From Zygnema circumcarinatum SAG 698-1b (lineage: Eukaryota; Plantae; Zygnematophyceae), in the NCBI GenBank assembly GCA_037447605.1, contig CM074808.1:1-64000 (forward strand): a stretch of 64,000 nucleotides of DNA, given 5' to 3'. Shown here piece after piece: positions 33,498 through 48,088 of this stretch. Position 1 is the first letter of the stretch. Each line of letters opens with the position of its first letter. The position numbers and the translations under genes were made by a program. The notes under the pieces were generated by a model. That model saw nothing but the letters and a program-made list of their open reading frames with translations, was not told where the DNA came from and did not search any database.

Positions 33498-36447
33498 AAA
33501 AAACTTGTCTCCGCCACGCAAAGCAGGTGAAGGGGCAAAGAAGGCACCTTGCGTGTGCCAAACTCAAGGCAATTATGAGTTCCCTGCGACCGCCCAGGAC
33601 GTGCAAACGAAAAAAAATAAGACACAACTTTCTATACATGAAAAGCTGCGTTGACACAAATTTCCCCCGCCATTCAAATTTTTTGAAGTTTTTAAGGGTG
33701 TTGTTAAAGCTCCACCAGATGGTACTTGACATCGCCCATATGCAGGTGGGAGGGGCCCTGAAACTCCGCCACAATGCTGCTGAGCGGCTTCCCCAGCAGC
33801 GTGTGCAGCACGTTCAGCCGCCCCCTGCGCCCCCGCGGCCGCGCGCGCGTCAGACCCCCTCTCCTCCCCTCCCCTCCCCTTCCGCCCTCCCGCGCCCCCC
33901 CCCCCATCTCCTCTTCCCCCCTTTCCCCCTCGCCGTCTCCCCCCCTCCCTCACTCCCCTCTTCCGCCCTTCCGCACTTCCCGCTTCCCCCTCACCCCTTC
34001 CTCCCTCCCCTTCCTTCCTCCCCTCCCCCTCCTCCCTCTTCCTCCCCTCCTCTCTCCCCGTCCCCTCTTCCTCCCTTTCCCTCTCCCACCCTCGCCCCCT
34101 CCCCTCCTCCCCGCTTCCTTTCAACCCCCTCACCTCCCCCTTCCCTCTTCCCCTTTCCCCCCTCTCCCCCCCTCCCTCCCCGCCCCCTCCCTTCCCCTTT
34201 TTTTTCCTCCCCTCTTCCCCGCTTCCTCTTTTCTCCCCTTCCCTCTTCCGCCTTTCCCCCTCCCTCCTCCCCCNNNNNNNNNNCCCCCCCCCCCTCCCTC
34301 CCCCCACTCTCCCCAACCCCCCTCCTCCCCCTCCCCTTCCTCCCTCCTCCTTCCCCCTCCCCCTCCCCTGCGCGCCCTCACCGGTGCGCCATGCCGAGCT
34401 CGACCACCTCCACTCCCTGCTCGGCAGCCTTTTCAAGGAGGCTGTACAGCCCCGGAATGAGGCTCTCGCAGCCCTCGATTCCGAACCGCTTGGACGCTGG
34501 AAATTTGGCCGCCAAAAATCGCTCGAAGTTGTCTGCAGAAACACGCAATCAAACACAGCATTCGACTCAAGCAAATTGAAATCAAATGGCCAAGTATCTG
34601 AAATCGAGCTTCCAGATTCCTTTGCATGAAGCTGGGGAATTGTGTTTGTCGCTCCGGGTTTTCCAACGTTACGGGCTTTTTGAAGTTTCAAAAATGTACA
34701 CGTTTTGAGAGTGTCTCAAGCTTCATCCGCCATTTTAATATCTTAATATGTAAAGCAGGCTGTTTTCAATTTAGAGTTATAAACGGAATTAGAGCAGCAA
34801 AAAAAGAGGAAGTCGTCAAATTTCTCTGACTAAAGTTGCTTGGTAATGGCGGCTGCTCCACGACTCTACGCATAGGCCATTAGGGCTTCTCGGTTTGATA
34901 GTCCCCTGAAGAGACATGCAGCAGGCGAAAGAGAGCAACTCGATTGCACTGCATACCGGCTGCTGCTTTATGACTGTATGCATAAGGCTTGCAACTCTTG
35001 CAAGTTATGATTCCTTAAGGGCTATCGAAAGAATAGAAAAAAAAACACCCTAAGTAAGGAAGCAAAAGGACGTGCCTGCGTACAGCAGACGAAAGAGCGC
35101 TTCCCGCTTCTGGGAGGGAGTGAAGAGGCTGCGGCGGGGCGGCCTCTCCATGGCGGCCTGAATCCAGAGCTGCTGCTCCTCGCTGGGGAGGTGCGCCGCC
35201 TCCACTGTGAGCGTGCCGCAGTAGCTGCTGCGGAGGAGCGCCACCACCTCCTCCAGCGTCCAGAACAGCTGCGTAGCCTTCGCAATTTTGAGAGTGTCTC
35301 CCAGAAAGTACCTGCACGGCGGGCGTGCTCCGCTCTCTTGAGCAGCGGACAGAACATATTACACATCTGCATAACTGCGCGATTAGCTTTTCCAGGGAAC
35401 AGGAGGGAGGGGGGGTAGGGGAGGAAGGGCGGGGGGTGAGGGAGTGCGGCAGGGAGGGAAGGCGGAAGTGGGGAGCTCGAATTTGCGTTTTCTTCATAGC
35501 GGTAGAATCCGAGGTTGATAACCCTAACATTCCAGAAATTTTAAAGACTCCTGCAGGTTTTGAAACCAAAACGAGTTTGAAGAGTTTTGTACTTAGTGCT
35601 ATTGTAACTAGGTCACTTGAGACCCTGCGGAACCCTTGCCCTTGCCTATCCTTACTGTCGTCGCATCCGTCACAAAGGTATGCAGCTCGAAAGTCCTGAA
35701 AATGGTTGCTGGTTTCTTTAGTTGTCCAATTTGAAAGTTGTCCGTCACTCGGTTTCCAAGAACGGGTTATTTCTAGAATTTAGAACTTCTCGGTTGCAAG
35801 CACTCAAAGCTCAAAGTGCTCCAGGCTGGTGGCATGGTTTACAGTCTCTTAGTAAATGCCATCATTTGCCTTCAGACCTGCTGCATTGCACTGAATAAGT
35901 GTCCTGGGCATTGGAAAATCTTTAGACGGGTCAAGTGAACCACCAGCACGCTGTAATGCAGAATACCGAGAGTTCCGATGAGGTGGAGCAAAAGGCTCGC
36001 TCCCAGCACCCACCTGCGATGCGGGTCGACATTGTGCAGGCCCACAGCACGCAGGTCGAGGCGCGGATAGTTGCGCAGCAGCCGCGACAGGTCTGCCGCG
36101 TGCGCGGGAGCCTCCACTCTCTCCGCCCATTCGTCGCCCTCCCTCTCCCTCTCCCTCTCCCGCTCACCGTCGGGGTCGTCGTTGGCGTGCGTGAGCGGCC
36201 CGAGCGTGCGGCCAAGCGGGTCGAGCGTGGCCACGAAGTGCCCGCGGTCGCGGAATGCGCGCACCAGCGCCGCCAGCCGCAGCGTCGCGGCTGTCGTGCT
36301 GATGTCCTGCGGCTGCGGGGCCGCGCCCTGGGGGGTGGGAGGCACTCTGCCCGAGCTCGGCCCGGGGTTCAGGGTCGCGCCCCCTGCCAGCCCGCGCCGA
36401 CATGCCGGGCCACGGCGAAAGGTCGCCAGAGGCCGCCATGGCGCCAT
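25948..36447 (-). CDS. OGDH: 2-oxoglutarate dehydrogenase E1 component (ThDP-dependent), divergent, multi-exon
   Basis: [79 protein letters not shown] (ThDP motif), [108 protein letters not shown]. Three N gaps lie in its introns. Confidence 0.93.
30274..30283. other. Assembly gap (10 N) in a GA-rich intronic tract
   Basis: Run of 10 N. Confidence 0.99.
33194..33203. other. Assembly gap (10 N) inside a poly-G tract
   Basis: Run of 10 N. Confidence 0.99.
33420..33496. repeat. Compound (GT)n-(GA)n microsatellite in an OGDH intron
   Basis: gtgtgtgtgt...gagagagagag seen directly. Confidence 0.9.
34274..34283. other. Assembly gap (10 N) in a C/T-rich intronic tract
   Basis: Run of 10 N. Confidence 0.99.
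34533..35075 (-). other. Non-canonical GC-AG intron of the OGDH E1 gene
   Basis: The upstream exon ends TAC GCA G|GCACGT and the downstream exon starts ctgcag|AC AAC TTC GAG. Only this phase-1 GC donor keeps the frame [13 protein letters not shown]. Confidence 0.75.
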
Positions 36448-36683
36448 GCTGCCTGCCTGCCTTCCCGCTCCCTCCCTCCCGCTCGCCCGCGCGGCTCTAG
36501 CGCGAAGGGCGGGGCTAGCCGTTAGGAGGTCGGCAGGGCACGGCAATACGATATGGGAATCGCGATATTGTCTCGTATCGTGCGTATCGGTCCGCTCAGC
36601 GTGCGCGCTTTTGGTTGGTTGTGAAGTGGATGGCGTCGCGAGCGAGCAGCGCGGGTTCCTACCTGTGTCGGCTTCACCTGGCG

Positions 36684-36765
36684 GGCAGGCACGAGGCAGG
36701 CACGAGGCAGGCACGAGGCAGGCACGAGGCAGGCACGCAGGCAGGCACGCAGGCAGGCAGCCAGC
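36684..36765. repeat. Short tandem repeat (GGCACGAGGCA)x4 plus (GGCACGCAGGCA)x2 upstream of OGDH
   Basis: Seen directly. Confidence 0.85.
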
Positions 36766-37808
36766 CCTCAAAGAGTGATGCAGCCTACATCACAGCAGTA
36801 ATAAAATCCAAACTCACGTCCGTTCCATGCCATAGTCACCACAGTTTGCAGACCAGCGACGGAAGCAACTCACTTCACCTCCGCTCACTCCGCCGTTTTG
36901 CTCGCAATGTCGCTTGGCCTTGCGCCAGAGTCGCCAGCTTTGTCTAGAGGACATAGTCAGGGACAGGGGTCAACAATTATTCCCCTGCCTTGAGTTGGCA
37001 GAGAACCAAGGGCAGTTACACTAGCTCAGAGAATAGCTCCACACGCAAAAAAATCCCGCAGCATCAACGGTCCAGCGGCTATTTAATTCAAGTTAATTCT
37101 TTTCGCCACGAAAAACAGTGTAGACAATATTCCTTTAGACAGGTTCTACTATACTTGTCTCGTTTTTTTGGCTTTTGCAATCAGACCACTTGGCCCCATT
37201 TTGACCGCTCGTCCAAACTTGGAGCACCCACCTTGAGACTACTTTGCGGGAGGCAGCCAACGAGTGGCACTCCTCACTTAGACAACCGCATCATACGTCA
37301 ATTTCACCTTCCCATATCCAACAGTTTTGCGTCTGTCTACAAGACTGATCCTGAAAAATGAACTCTAAAACAACAGCATAACATAGCTAAGTCTACAGCT
37401 TTAGAAAAAATCTTTTTATCAATTTTTTTAAAACCAGGCTGACCGCCAGCCCACGTTGTCATGAGTGGTGAGGCCCATCAAATCTGATTACGGCACTGCT
37501 ACAACTCTTGTGCGTAACAATATAACTTGCCCTCCTATTTACAAAGTTGGCATAATGCCTCCCTGTACTCCTGGAGCATCCAGCGGCTCCCGACAGCATG
37601 CCCTCCCTCTGCTGGAGGCTCGGCGGATGCCTGCAACCCCCTCCTCCCCGACCAGAGCAGCCTAAACCCCTTCTAAAGTGCACTCCTTCGGCCACGTCCA
37701 GGCGGGGGCTTTGCAAGGCCTCGCAGATCCACCTCACTTTCCTGCCACTTCCAGAATTCTGCAAGTATCCACGGGAGTGGAGATTTTTGCAAAAAGCATT
37801 CCCACAAT

Positions 37809-40496
<2,688 letters not shown>

Positions 40497-40724
40497 GTTT
40501 ACAAGCCGACTACAGAATCAGGCACTGAAAAATCGAAAGAAATTGAATATCTACTGCCAGCAGTCTCTGGCGCCGGTCAAACGGCGAGCGGATAGGGGAA
40601 AACGGAAGGGAGACGAAAGGGCAGTAGAGAGGGAGCGGCGGTGCAGGAAGTACCGTACCGTAGTCCCCTGCCTGCCTGCCTGCCTGCCTGCGTGCGTTGC
40701 CCAGACTTCCCCTCCCCTCCCCTC

Positions 40725-40786
40725 CCGTGCCGTGCCGTGTCGTGCCGTACCGTGCCGTACCGTGCCGTGTCGTGCCGTGCCGTGCC
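40725..40786. repeat. (CCGTG/CCGTA)n pentamer array
   Basis: About 12 units, upstream of the RabB ATG. Confidence 0.9.
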
Positions 40787-40887
40787 CTGCTCTGCGCCGG
40801 AACGGAAGGAAGGCTCCGTTGGGGCTCCGTCCGCCCGGCCCTGCACGCACGCACGCGGAGCCGCATGGTACGAAGGTACGGGATGCA

Positions 40888-41038
40888 GGCATGGCATGGC
40901 ATGGCATGGCATGGCGTGGCAGGGCATCGCGTGGCATGGCATGGCATGGTATGGTATGGTATGGCATGGCATGGTATGGCATGGCATGGCATGGTATGGT
41001 ATGGCATGGCATGGCATGGTATGGCATGGCATGGCATG
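40888..41038. repeat. (GGCAT/GGTAT)n pentamer array
   Basis: About 30 units. Confidence 0.95.
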
Positions 41039-41260
41039 ACCGCGCGCCATGCGGCTGCGAGCCATGCCGCGTGGGCCGTGGTCGACAGCACGCTCCCTCT
41101 CTCGGCCCAGGGCGGCGATCTCGCCCGCCCGGCCGCATGGCTGGCTGGCCATGGCTGGATCGTGAGAATCATGTTTGCCATGCGACCCGCGTCTCTTGTT
41201 TGCTTGCACTTCGCCCTCGTACGCCTCCGCGGTCGTCCGTTCCTTGGACGAGGCAGGCGA

Positions 41261-41302
41261 GTGTGCGTGTGCGTGTGCGTGTGCGTGTGCGTGTGCGTGT
41301 GC
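41261..41302. repeat. (GTGTGC)7 hexamer microsatellite
   Basis: Seen directly. Confidence 0.9.
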
Positions 41303-42318
41303 GTGGTGGCCACCAGTACAATGGTCGGTTTCGCATGCTTTACGAACATGTTGTGGATTGCTTCTCGCTCGCGGTGCTCTTGGCATGCTGTCGTGCGAAG
41401 CTTTGGTTCTCTACGTCACATTTCTAGTAGTCGTGTTTATTCTTCTTGTACTGTCGCTCTGAAATCCACAAGTTTGCATTCCAACAAGCTCAAACATTAA
41501 CCTATCCATGGATTCACAATCGTGGGGTTTCAAGAGGTTTTACGAGGTTCCTTCGGTTTTAGCAGGCATGCTCTGCACGGAAGATAATGTAACAGGGTCT
41601 AGGAAAAATGGCATTGTAACAACTTTGCGACATGTTTACAATGTTAGTAGTCTTTATATGGCGCCTACTCGTCAATGTTGATTGATACGACACCCCTTGT
41701 CACGTCTTCCTTTTGTAGAAATTGTTGAGAAATCGATTTGTTCCGAGTAAGTTCTAAATGTCGTACTTCACACCCCCCCCAATGCCCGTCCATGTGTGCT
41801 GCAGTCCCTCAAACGTTGAGGTTCAATAATTAATGTAATATCCCCCAACAAAACAACAAAGTATGAGAGGTGCGAGAGAACATGATATGGATGATAAATT
41901 ATCTTTGCGATATTATTCTGTTGGCCAATAGGATACGATTTTTCACTACAATATGGTAAAAATTTGCAACGGCTCGTGCCATGCACAATGAGAAGATTCT
42001 TGACGACTGCGTAGTGTCTAGGATGGTCTGACATATGTTTTGTACAATAGCTCGCAACCTTCTTGTAATTTGTGCGCGACAGGATGAACACGGAGTGCAG
42101 GGGAAAGAACGGGTTTATCTAAACCTAGATACAAGTTTAATTAGACTTGCAATTATTTTGTAACAAAGCTGAAAGCGCGACCGAAAATATACACGGACGG
42201 CGAACGACTCACTCTGAGTGCGAGATGGATGACTGCACAACGGATGTGATGCAATGTGTGCAAGTGATGACGACATGTGCAACAATAATAGTTTCGGGAT
42301 GATCTCGAACTCCGTCCG

Positions 42319-42476
42319 GTACAGTACTCCGGTGCCACACTGCCACCTCGAACTCAACGTCAACTTCAGCGAGGCCGCCCCGCGGGCCGCGGCAGGGCAA
42401 ACTCCCCGCGTGACACGACGTGACAGGGGTGATGGTGAGTACCGTACGGTACAGTACAGTATCGATTTGTCCGTAC
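42319..42476. promoter_or_regulatory. GTAC cluster (7 sites) including palindromes GTACCGTACGGTAC (42439-42452) and CCGTACGG (42471-42478)
   Basis: GTAC at 42319, 42324, 42439, 42444, 42449, 42454 and 42473, between RabB and the hnRNP gene. Confidence 0.45.
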
Positions 42477-43487
42477 GGCACTGACCAGCACGCGAGCATT
42501 GCAGTGGCCCGGGGGCTGCGGGGGGGCATCGGACGGTCCATGTGCGGCCCCCTCCCGGGAGCCTGCTCATCGGACGGCTCCCGGTCGCCGAGAACGTCCC
42601 AGATTCATTCCCTCCCTCCCTCCAGCACGCAGGCGGGCGGGCGGGCAGGCGGGCGTGCCCTCTCCCGCCCCCGCTCGCTGCATCCCTCCGCCCGCCCGCC
42701 CGCGCGCGCCCTAACGCCCGCCCCCCCGCCTCCTCGCCCTCTCTCTCGCTCGCGCCCGCCCGCCCGCCAGGTAACCGCCCGCCATAAGTAGAGGAAGCCG
42801 CCTCTCGCTCGCGCGCCGCTCTCGCTCTCTCCCCTGCCTTCCTAATCCGACCGCGGGTTCCCTCAGAGGTCGCCACTCAACAGCAGGCGCTATTTTGGCA
42901 GGTACGGCGTCACTGCTCTCTGTGCCGGGAGTCTGGAGGTTTTGGAAGGGTTTATGGTAACCAGCTTCCCGGCACGAATCAGTGGCGTTATGCTCTGTGG
43001 AGGAGACTGGACGAAGGATTCCTTGCACGGCGGTAGTGTGCTGAGGGCTCGACATGGTCCCTTTTCCTGTTGGCATGGAAGTGTAGAGTTCACTCCTGCT
43101 CAAAGCCGAGCGATGAAGGTGTTGTTGTGCTCGCTTTAATTCAAGCGAAAGTGTTCGCATATTAGGGATAAAGCGAGAGCGTTTAGCAGACTCACTTGCA
43201 GCGCTGTCTGTTTTAGCAGAGTAGGGCTAGCTATGTGTGGACGAAGTTGCTCCTCAGGTTTCATTCCCAAGCAGGCCTCTCTGCGTATCTGGCTGCGCGG
43301 GTTGTGAAGGGCGAATTCTGCGTCTTTGTCTTTCCGGTCCATTTGGCTCGGGCCTGCTGCGTCCGCAGAATTGTGTGTAACGGCGCTGGTCGCAGTTCAA
43401 ATCGAGAGCGGTGTGCTGATCATTAGTTGAGGTCCTCCGGGGACGTGCCTGCGGTGCTGTCGCAGCAGGGGAGGAATATCAGGCGCA

Positions 43488-46400
43488 ATGTCGGGAGCGG
43501 CAGGGTTGGTGGGAGGCAGCGCCCTTGACGACGAGCTGTAAGTTTCAAAGCAACTGCCGCGTATAGTTTGGCCGGAACAGGGTCGTCCAGTGAGTGCATG
43601 CTATACAGCTCCAGGTATTTCGTTCCGTTGAATTTCCTAAGCTCCTGAAGTCAATCTACGGAACCTGATTTTGGGATTACCTCTGGTTCATATGAGTACG
43701 CTCAGGGTACTAGCGCATCATTAAAGCAATTTGGAGTGCCTGTGGAAATGGATTTATTCAGCGTTATAGCATTTTGAGCTCTTCTTACCGAGAATCTGTC
43801 CTATAAAGTTTGCTGAAGCAATAATCGTGAGTGGCGTGGTACGTCACTTGACGCCGAGTGGGTTACACTTGCAGTAAGCGGAGCAATGTCGTGAGACTGA
43901 GGGGTCTACCGTTCAGTGCTACGGAGGCAGACATCACAGATTTTTTCAAGGGGCTGGATTTGGGGCCGGATGGCGTGGTGATTCAAGTGAATTTCCAGGG
44001 TAAGCGGTGGACTTTTAGACATAGTTATAAACATAGTTTCCTTGTTTGTCTGCAACCTTCTCAAGTTATCTGGTTTTTCAATGGGACAGCTTACGTTCCT
44101 ATCTTGGTTGCAAATGTATGGATGGCAGGGCGATCAACTGGACAAGCATACGTTCAGTTTGCCAGCGCGGAACAGGCCAATAAGGCTTTGGAACGGAACA
44201 GGTAACAGGGAAAATGAGTTTGGTCATTCGTGAAGCATGTCCTGGAACTTCTGTTAGTAATTTTTCTCGGCTCATTCAATTTCTTTTGCATGGTTGCTTA
44301 TTGGAATATGCTTTCCTTCTTTTCTGCAGGCAGCACATAGGCTCCCGGTATATTGAAGTTTTCAAAGGTCATCCGGCTGACATGCAGGTGAGCAGTGATC
44401 CCCCGGGATCTTGAAAGCGAAAGAGGGAGAGGGAGGAAGGGAGGGTGAGGGAGAGAGACGGAGGGAGGGAGAAAGAAGTAGGAGTTAGGGAAGACAGAGG
44501 AGGGAAGCATAAGAGGGGTTTGAAGGGGGCTGTGTCTCTACCATTTTTTACCAATGTAGTGGGAGGTTTTTTGTTCCGCATGGAGGGTTTCGTCTGCATG
44601 GGCTTCATACTGAGGGAGGGGTTTCGTCGTCATCTCGCATGGCGGAGAAAGAAGGATTCAAAGTCGGGTTTTCCTTCTCTTTCTAAGTGTAGGGGAGGGC
44701 CTGGGAAGTAAACTTGCAGCTGTTTTTCTGGTGTTAACTGCAGGCTGCACTGCGGATGGTGGGACGGGGCGGCGGTAGTTCCTCTGTTTTGGCTGCGAGT
44801 ACGGGGGCGGTGAATGGGGGCGTTGTCGGGACAGGAATCCCAGGCATGGCGGGGAATCCGGATATGCGCTACACGGGAGTGGTGCGCATGCGTGGCATGC
44901 CCTACAGGTGGGTCTGCATGGGATGGACCCTTTATCCAAGGAAAAGTACGAAAGCATCCCTTTATGCGAGATTATATGCAAGAACTTCATGCACGGCTGT
45001 ATAAGAAAGAACTGTACTTTACAAAAGTACTTTCAACTCTGGCGGGATGATAAATTCTTGACATATCAACCATAGACACCTGATGCACAAGTGTTAGAAG
45101 ACTGCTCCCGTAGCAACAGATGTCAGGGCTTTTCCAACGTCAGGTTGAGTCTTAATGTACGTACTTCAGTGATGTACAGACATGGCACGAGTTATTCATC
45201 GCTAAGTGCTAACGTCATGTTTTTTTTTTGTGATGGATCTGTTGCTTTATCAATACTTCGGAGGCTCTCTGACTCAAATTTCATGCCTGGGATTCTGTCC
45301 ATTTTCCAGCTGCACGAACGCAGACATTACAGCCTTCTTTAAAGGAATGCAGATTGTGCCAGATGGAATCTTCCTTCAGACCCATGCTGATGGACGACCA
45401 ACTGGGGAGGTAAGTCTGCAGGCTTTTGATTATGTGGAATTCAGGATTCTGCTGCGTGTTTGAAGCATTTTCACGGTTCTGGACCTATCCACTGTCCAGT
45501 TCTGTCATTGTCTAGGGTCCTCATTGTTTTCCTTTACTCCGGGTGTGAAATTTCATTTCGGCTAATTTTGCTGTAAATGAATTACTCTTCCTTTCCTTTC
45601 TTCCCCATTCCCTCTGTGAATGAAGGCTGTACTGGCTGTGTCTGTAGAAGAGCAACGTGTATTGCATGTTTATCGAGATAATTTGGTAACCTTACGAGCT
45701 GGTTCTGGTTCTGGTTCTGGTTCTGGTAAACGGTCTTAATTCTCAACCTTAAACGCCCAAACGCCTACTATCCGGGCAGTCTATATTGAACCCTGGTATT
45801 GTTGCCTCAATGATTTTTTTTCAGGCTTTCGTGGAGTTCCTCAATGAGGAGACAGCTGCTCGTGCGATGCAGCTTCATCGGGAGCCCATGGGTTCGGTAA
45901 GCACAATTGCATCATCCTGCTTTTTTTGAAAATTGGGAAGATAATCATTTGAGGAAGTAGAATGTCCAGTTTTTTGTCCAACTCGATACGCACATTGTTC
46001 ATCTTTGGGCATCTGTTTGTATTTAAGTGTTGCTATAAGTATTTCAAACTTGCACTTAGTCAATGGACATTCATTTATCAGTCTCTGTTGTATGCCACTT
46101 GCATGGATCTGTTTGTATTTAAGTGTTGCTATAAGTATTTCGAACTTGCACTTAGTCAATGGACATTTATTTATCAGTCTCTGTTGTATGCTACTTGCAT
46201 GGGAGAGCGGCCATGATGATATTGAGTTGGGTTGTTTATCCTTTGAAGGACCATAAGTTTATAGTGAAATCGTTTAACTCACTACCAGAGTAGTCGACAT
46301 TTTTAGTGATCTTTTACGCTTGTGTTGTTTCCATTATTGTTGGTGTTGCAGTTTCACTAAATTCAAACTTTTGTAGTTGACTTTTTCGAGAGCAGATTTC

Positions 46401-48088
46401 AGTTCTCTCTTTGCGGAACTGAATGATGCCTACTTTCGTTTCTGTGCAGCGATATGTGGAGCTGTTCCGCAGTACAAAGGGAGAAATGATGACAGCAGTG
46501 CAGCAAAAAATGTATGGCATGTACCCAGGTGCCGGGTATGGGCAGTTCGGGATGGGGCAGGTAATGCTGTTGGAACTTCCTTCTTTGTTAATTTGCAAAG
46601 TACAAAGAACGGCCTGGTCAAGAGTTTTCAGAGTCCGTTACTTGATATCGTGGTGATATGCTTGTTTTTGGTTTTGCAGCCATGGAGGAATGCACTGCTG
46701 GAGTTTTTGGGAGTGTGTTGGATCATATAATAGCAAATATCAAGCAATGAAAAACGTTTTTTGGCATTACAGCTGTCAAACAAGGCTGTTTTTTATTAGT
46801 AGTTGTCTCACAATGATTGACTGCTATTATCTTGAGACTGTTTTACTTACACTCTGAAAATGTTTGTTTGCAGATGGGGATGATGGGCATGATGGGAATG
46901 GGGGGTATGGGCATGGGACTGGGGGGAATGGGGATGATGGATTCGGGAGAGAATGTCTGCATCAAGATGCGGGGACTCCCATATAATGCAGGGCAGCGGG
47001 AAATCATGGACTTTTTTGAAGGGTATCAAATTGTGCAAAGTGGAATCCACATCGTAATGGGGGCAACCGATCGTCCTACTGGGGAGGCATTTGTCGAGTT
47101 TGTCTCACCAGAAGAAGCAGCTCGCGCGATGGAGCGCCATAGGCAAAATATTGGGTCACGCTATATAGAGCTTTTCCGAGCCACCAAAAGGTAACTTCTT
47201 GTTCTGGCATTCAGATTTTTTTTGTCATTTCAGAGTTATTAAGGGTTTTGTGTAAAACCATTGTCTTCGGCGGATTGCCATGTGAAGTTGTGTTAAGCAA
47301 ATGCCGCCTGTTCTTTGTTGACATCTATGCTGTTTTTTTTTCTGTTTTTTGTCTTTAACTGTTGCTATATGGCTCTCTCTTGTGGCTTGAATTGGATTTT
47401 GCCAGCGAGGCACTCCTTGCCATGGGAGGAGGCGCTCTCGCGGGCTTCAACATGGCAGCTGCTCTGGATCCCAACATGCAGCTGTTGCTTCTTCAGCAGC
47501 AGGTGAGAAACGGCTGGCTTAAGTGCTACAATGCAAGGCTCTTATGGAGGTCTCCCGTCATCTTTCATTCTGCCTGCCTCTCCTCCTTTTCCTTTATTCC
47601 TCATGAATTTAGATTGTGATGAGTCCGTCCTGGCTGACGCTGGCACTCCCTGGGAGGGCGGGCGGGGTGACGGATGGCAGCAATTGGCTGCCATGGGGAT
47701 GGCAGGTGGCCTCCCAGCTGGGTGGGGAGTGCAGGACATGCAGAACGCTGCAGCGCAGGCTGCCGCCATGTACCAGCGACAGGCGGGCACTGCCGGCACT
47801 GGGGGCGCCACAAGCACCTACACCTTTGATCCAACTTCTGTAAGCAATCCCCCACTCCTTGTTCCGTTCTCAGCTTTCCAGGTTTCCAGTATTATGGGGG
47901 CTTTCACTTATTTTGGTTTCCTGGAGTACTGGACGATTTGGAAGTCTTAGATTTTCGAGATTTCATGTTTCTAGAAATTAAGGTGTTCAAGGCTTAGCAT
48001 GTACTGTTCCTGTAGCTTATATTTGCAGGTCTGGTGTATGAACTTGACTCGCAGGCTTCTATGTTCGATATGTACTTGTCATTCATGA
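43488..48088 (+). CDS. hnRNP F/H-like (glorund/ESRP/GRSF1-type) RNA-binding protein with three quasi-RRMs and a Gly/Met/Gln-rich linker and tail
   Basis: qRRM1 VVRLRGLPFSATEADI...GRSTGQAYVQF...HIGSRYIEVF; qRRM2 VVRMRGMPYSCTNADI...GRPTGEAFVEF...MGSRYVELF; qRRM3 CIKMRGLPYNAG...DRPTGEAFVEF...IGSRYIELF. The last exon and stop are uncertain. Confidence 0.88.
46011..46202. repeat. 96-bp tandem duplication in an intron of the hnRNP F/H-like gene
   Basis: atctgtttgtatttaagtgttgctataag...cttgcatgg occurs at 46011 and again at 46107, with few substitutions. Confidence 0.92.

Noticed and set aside
33428-34691. 383-aa and 372-aa Pro-rich and Gly/Arg/Glu-rich ORFs
   Set aside because: They span a GA/CT low-complexity intron containing an N gap.
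40725-41038. Possible CRISPR-like array
   Set aside because: Contiguous 5-mers with no unique spacers; eukaryotic context with no cas genes.
42265-42484. Box C (GTGATGA) and box D (CTGA) snoRNA-like pair
   Set aside because: About 220 nt apart, with no terminal stem or recognisable rRNA antisense element.
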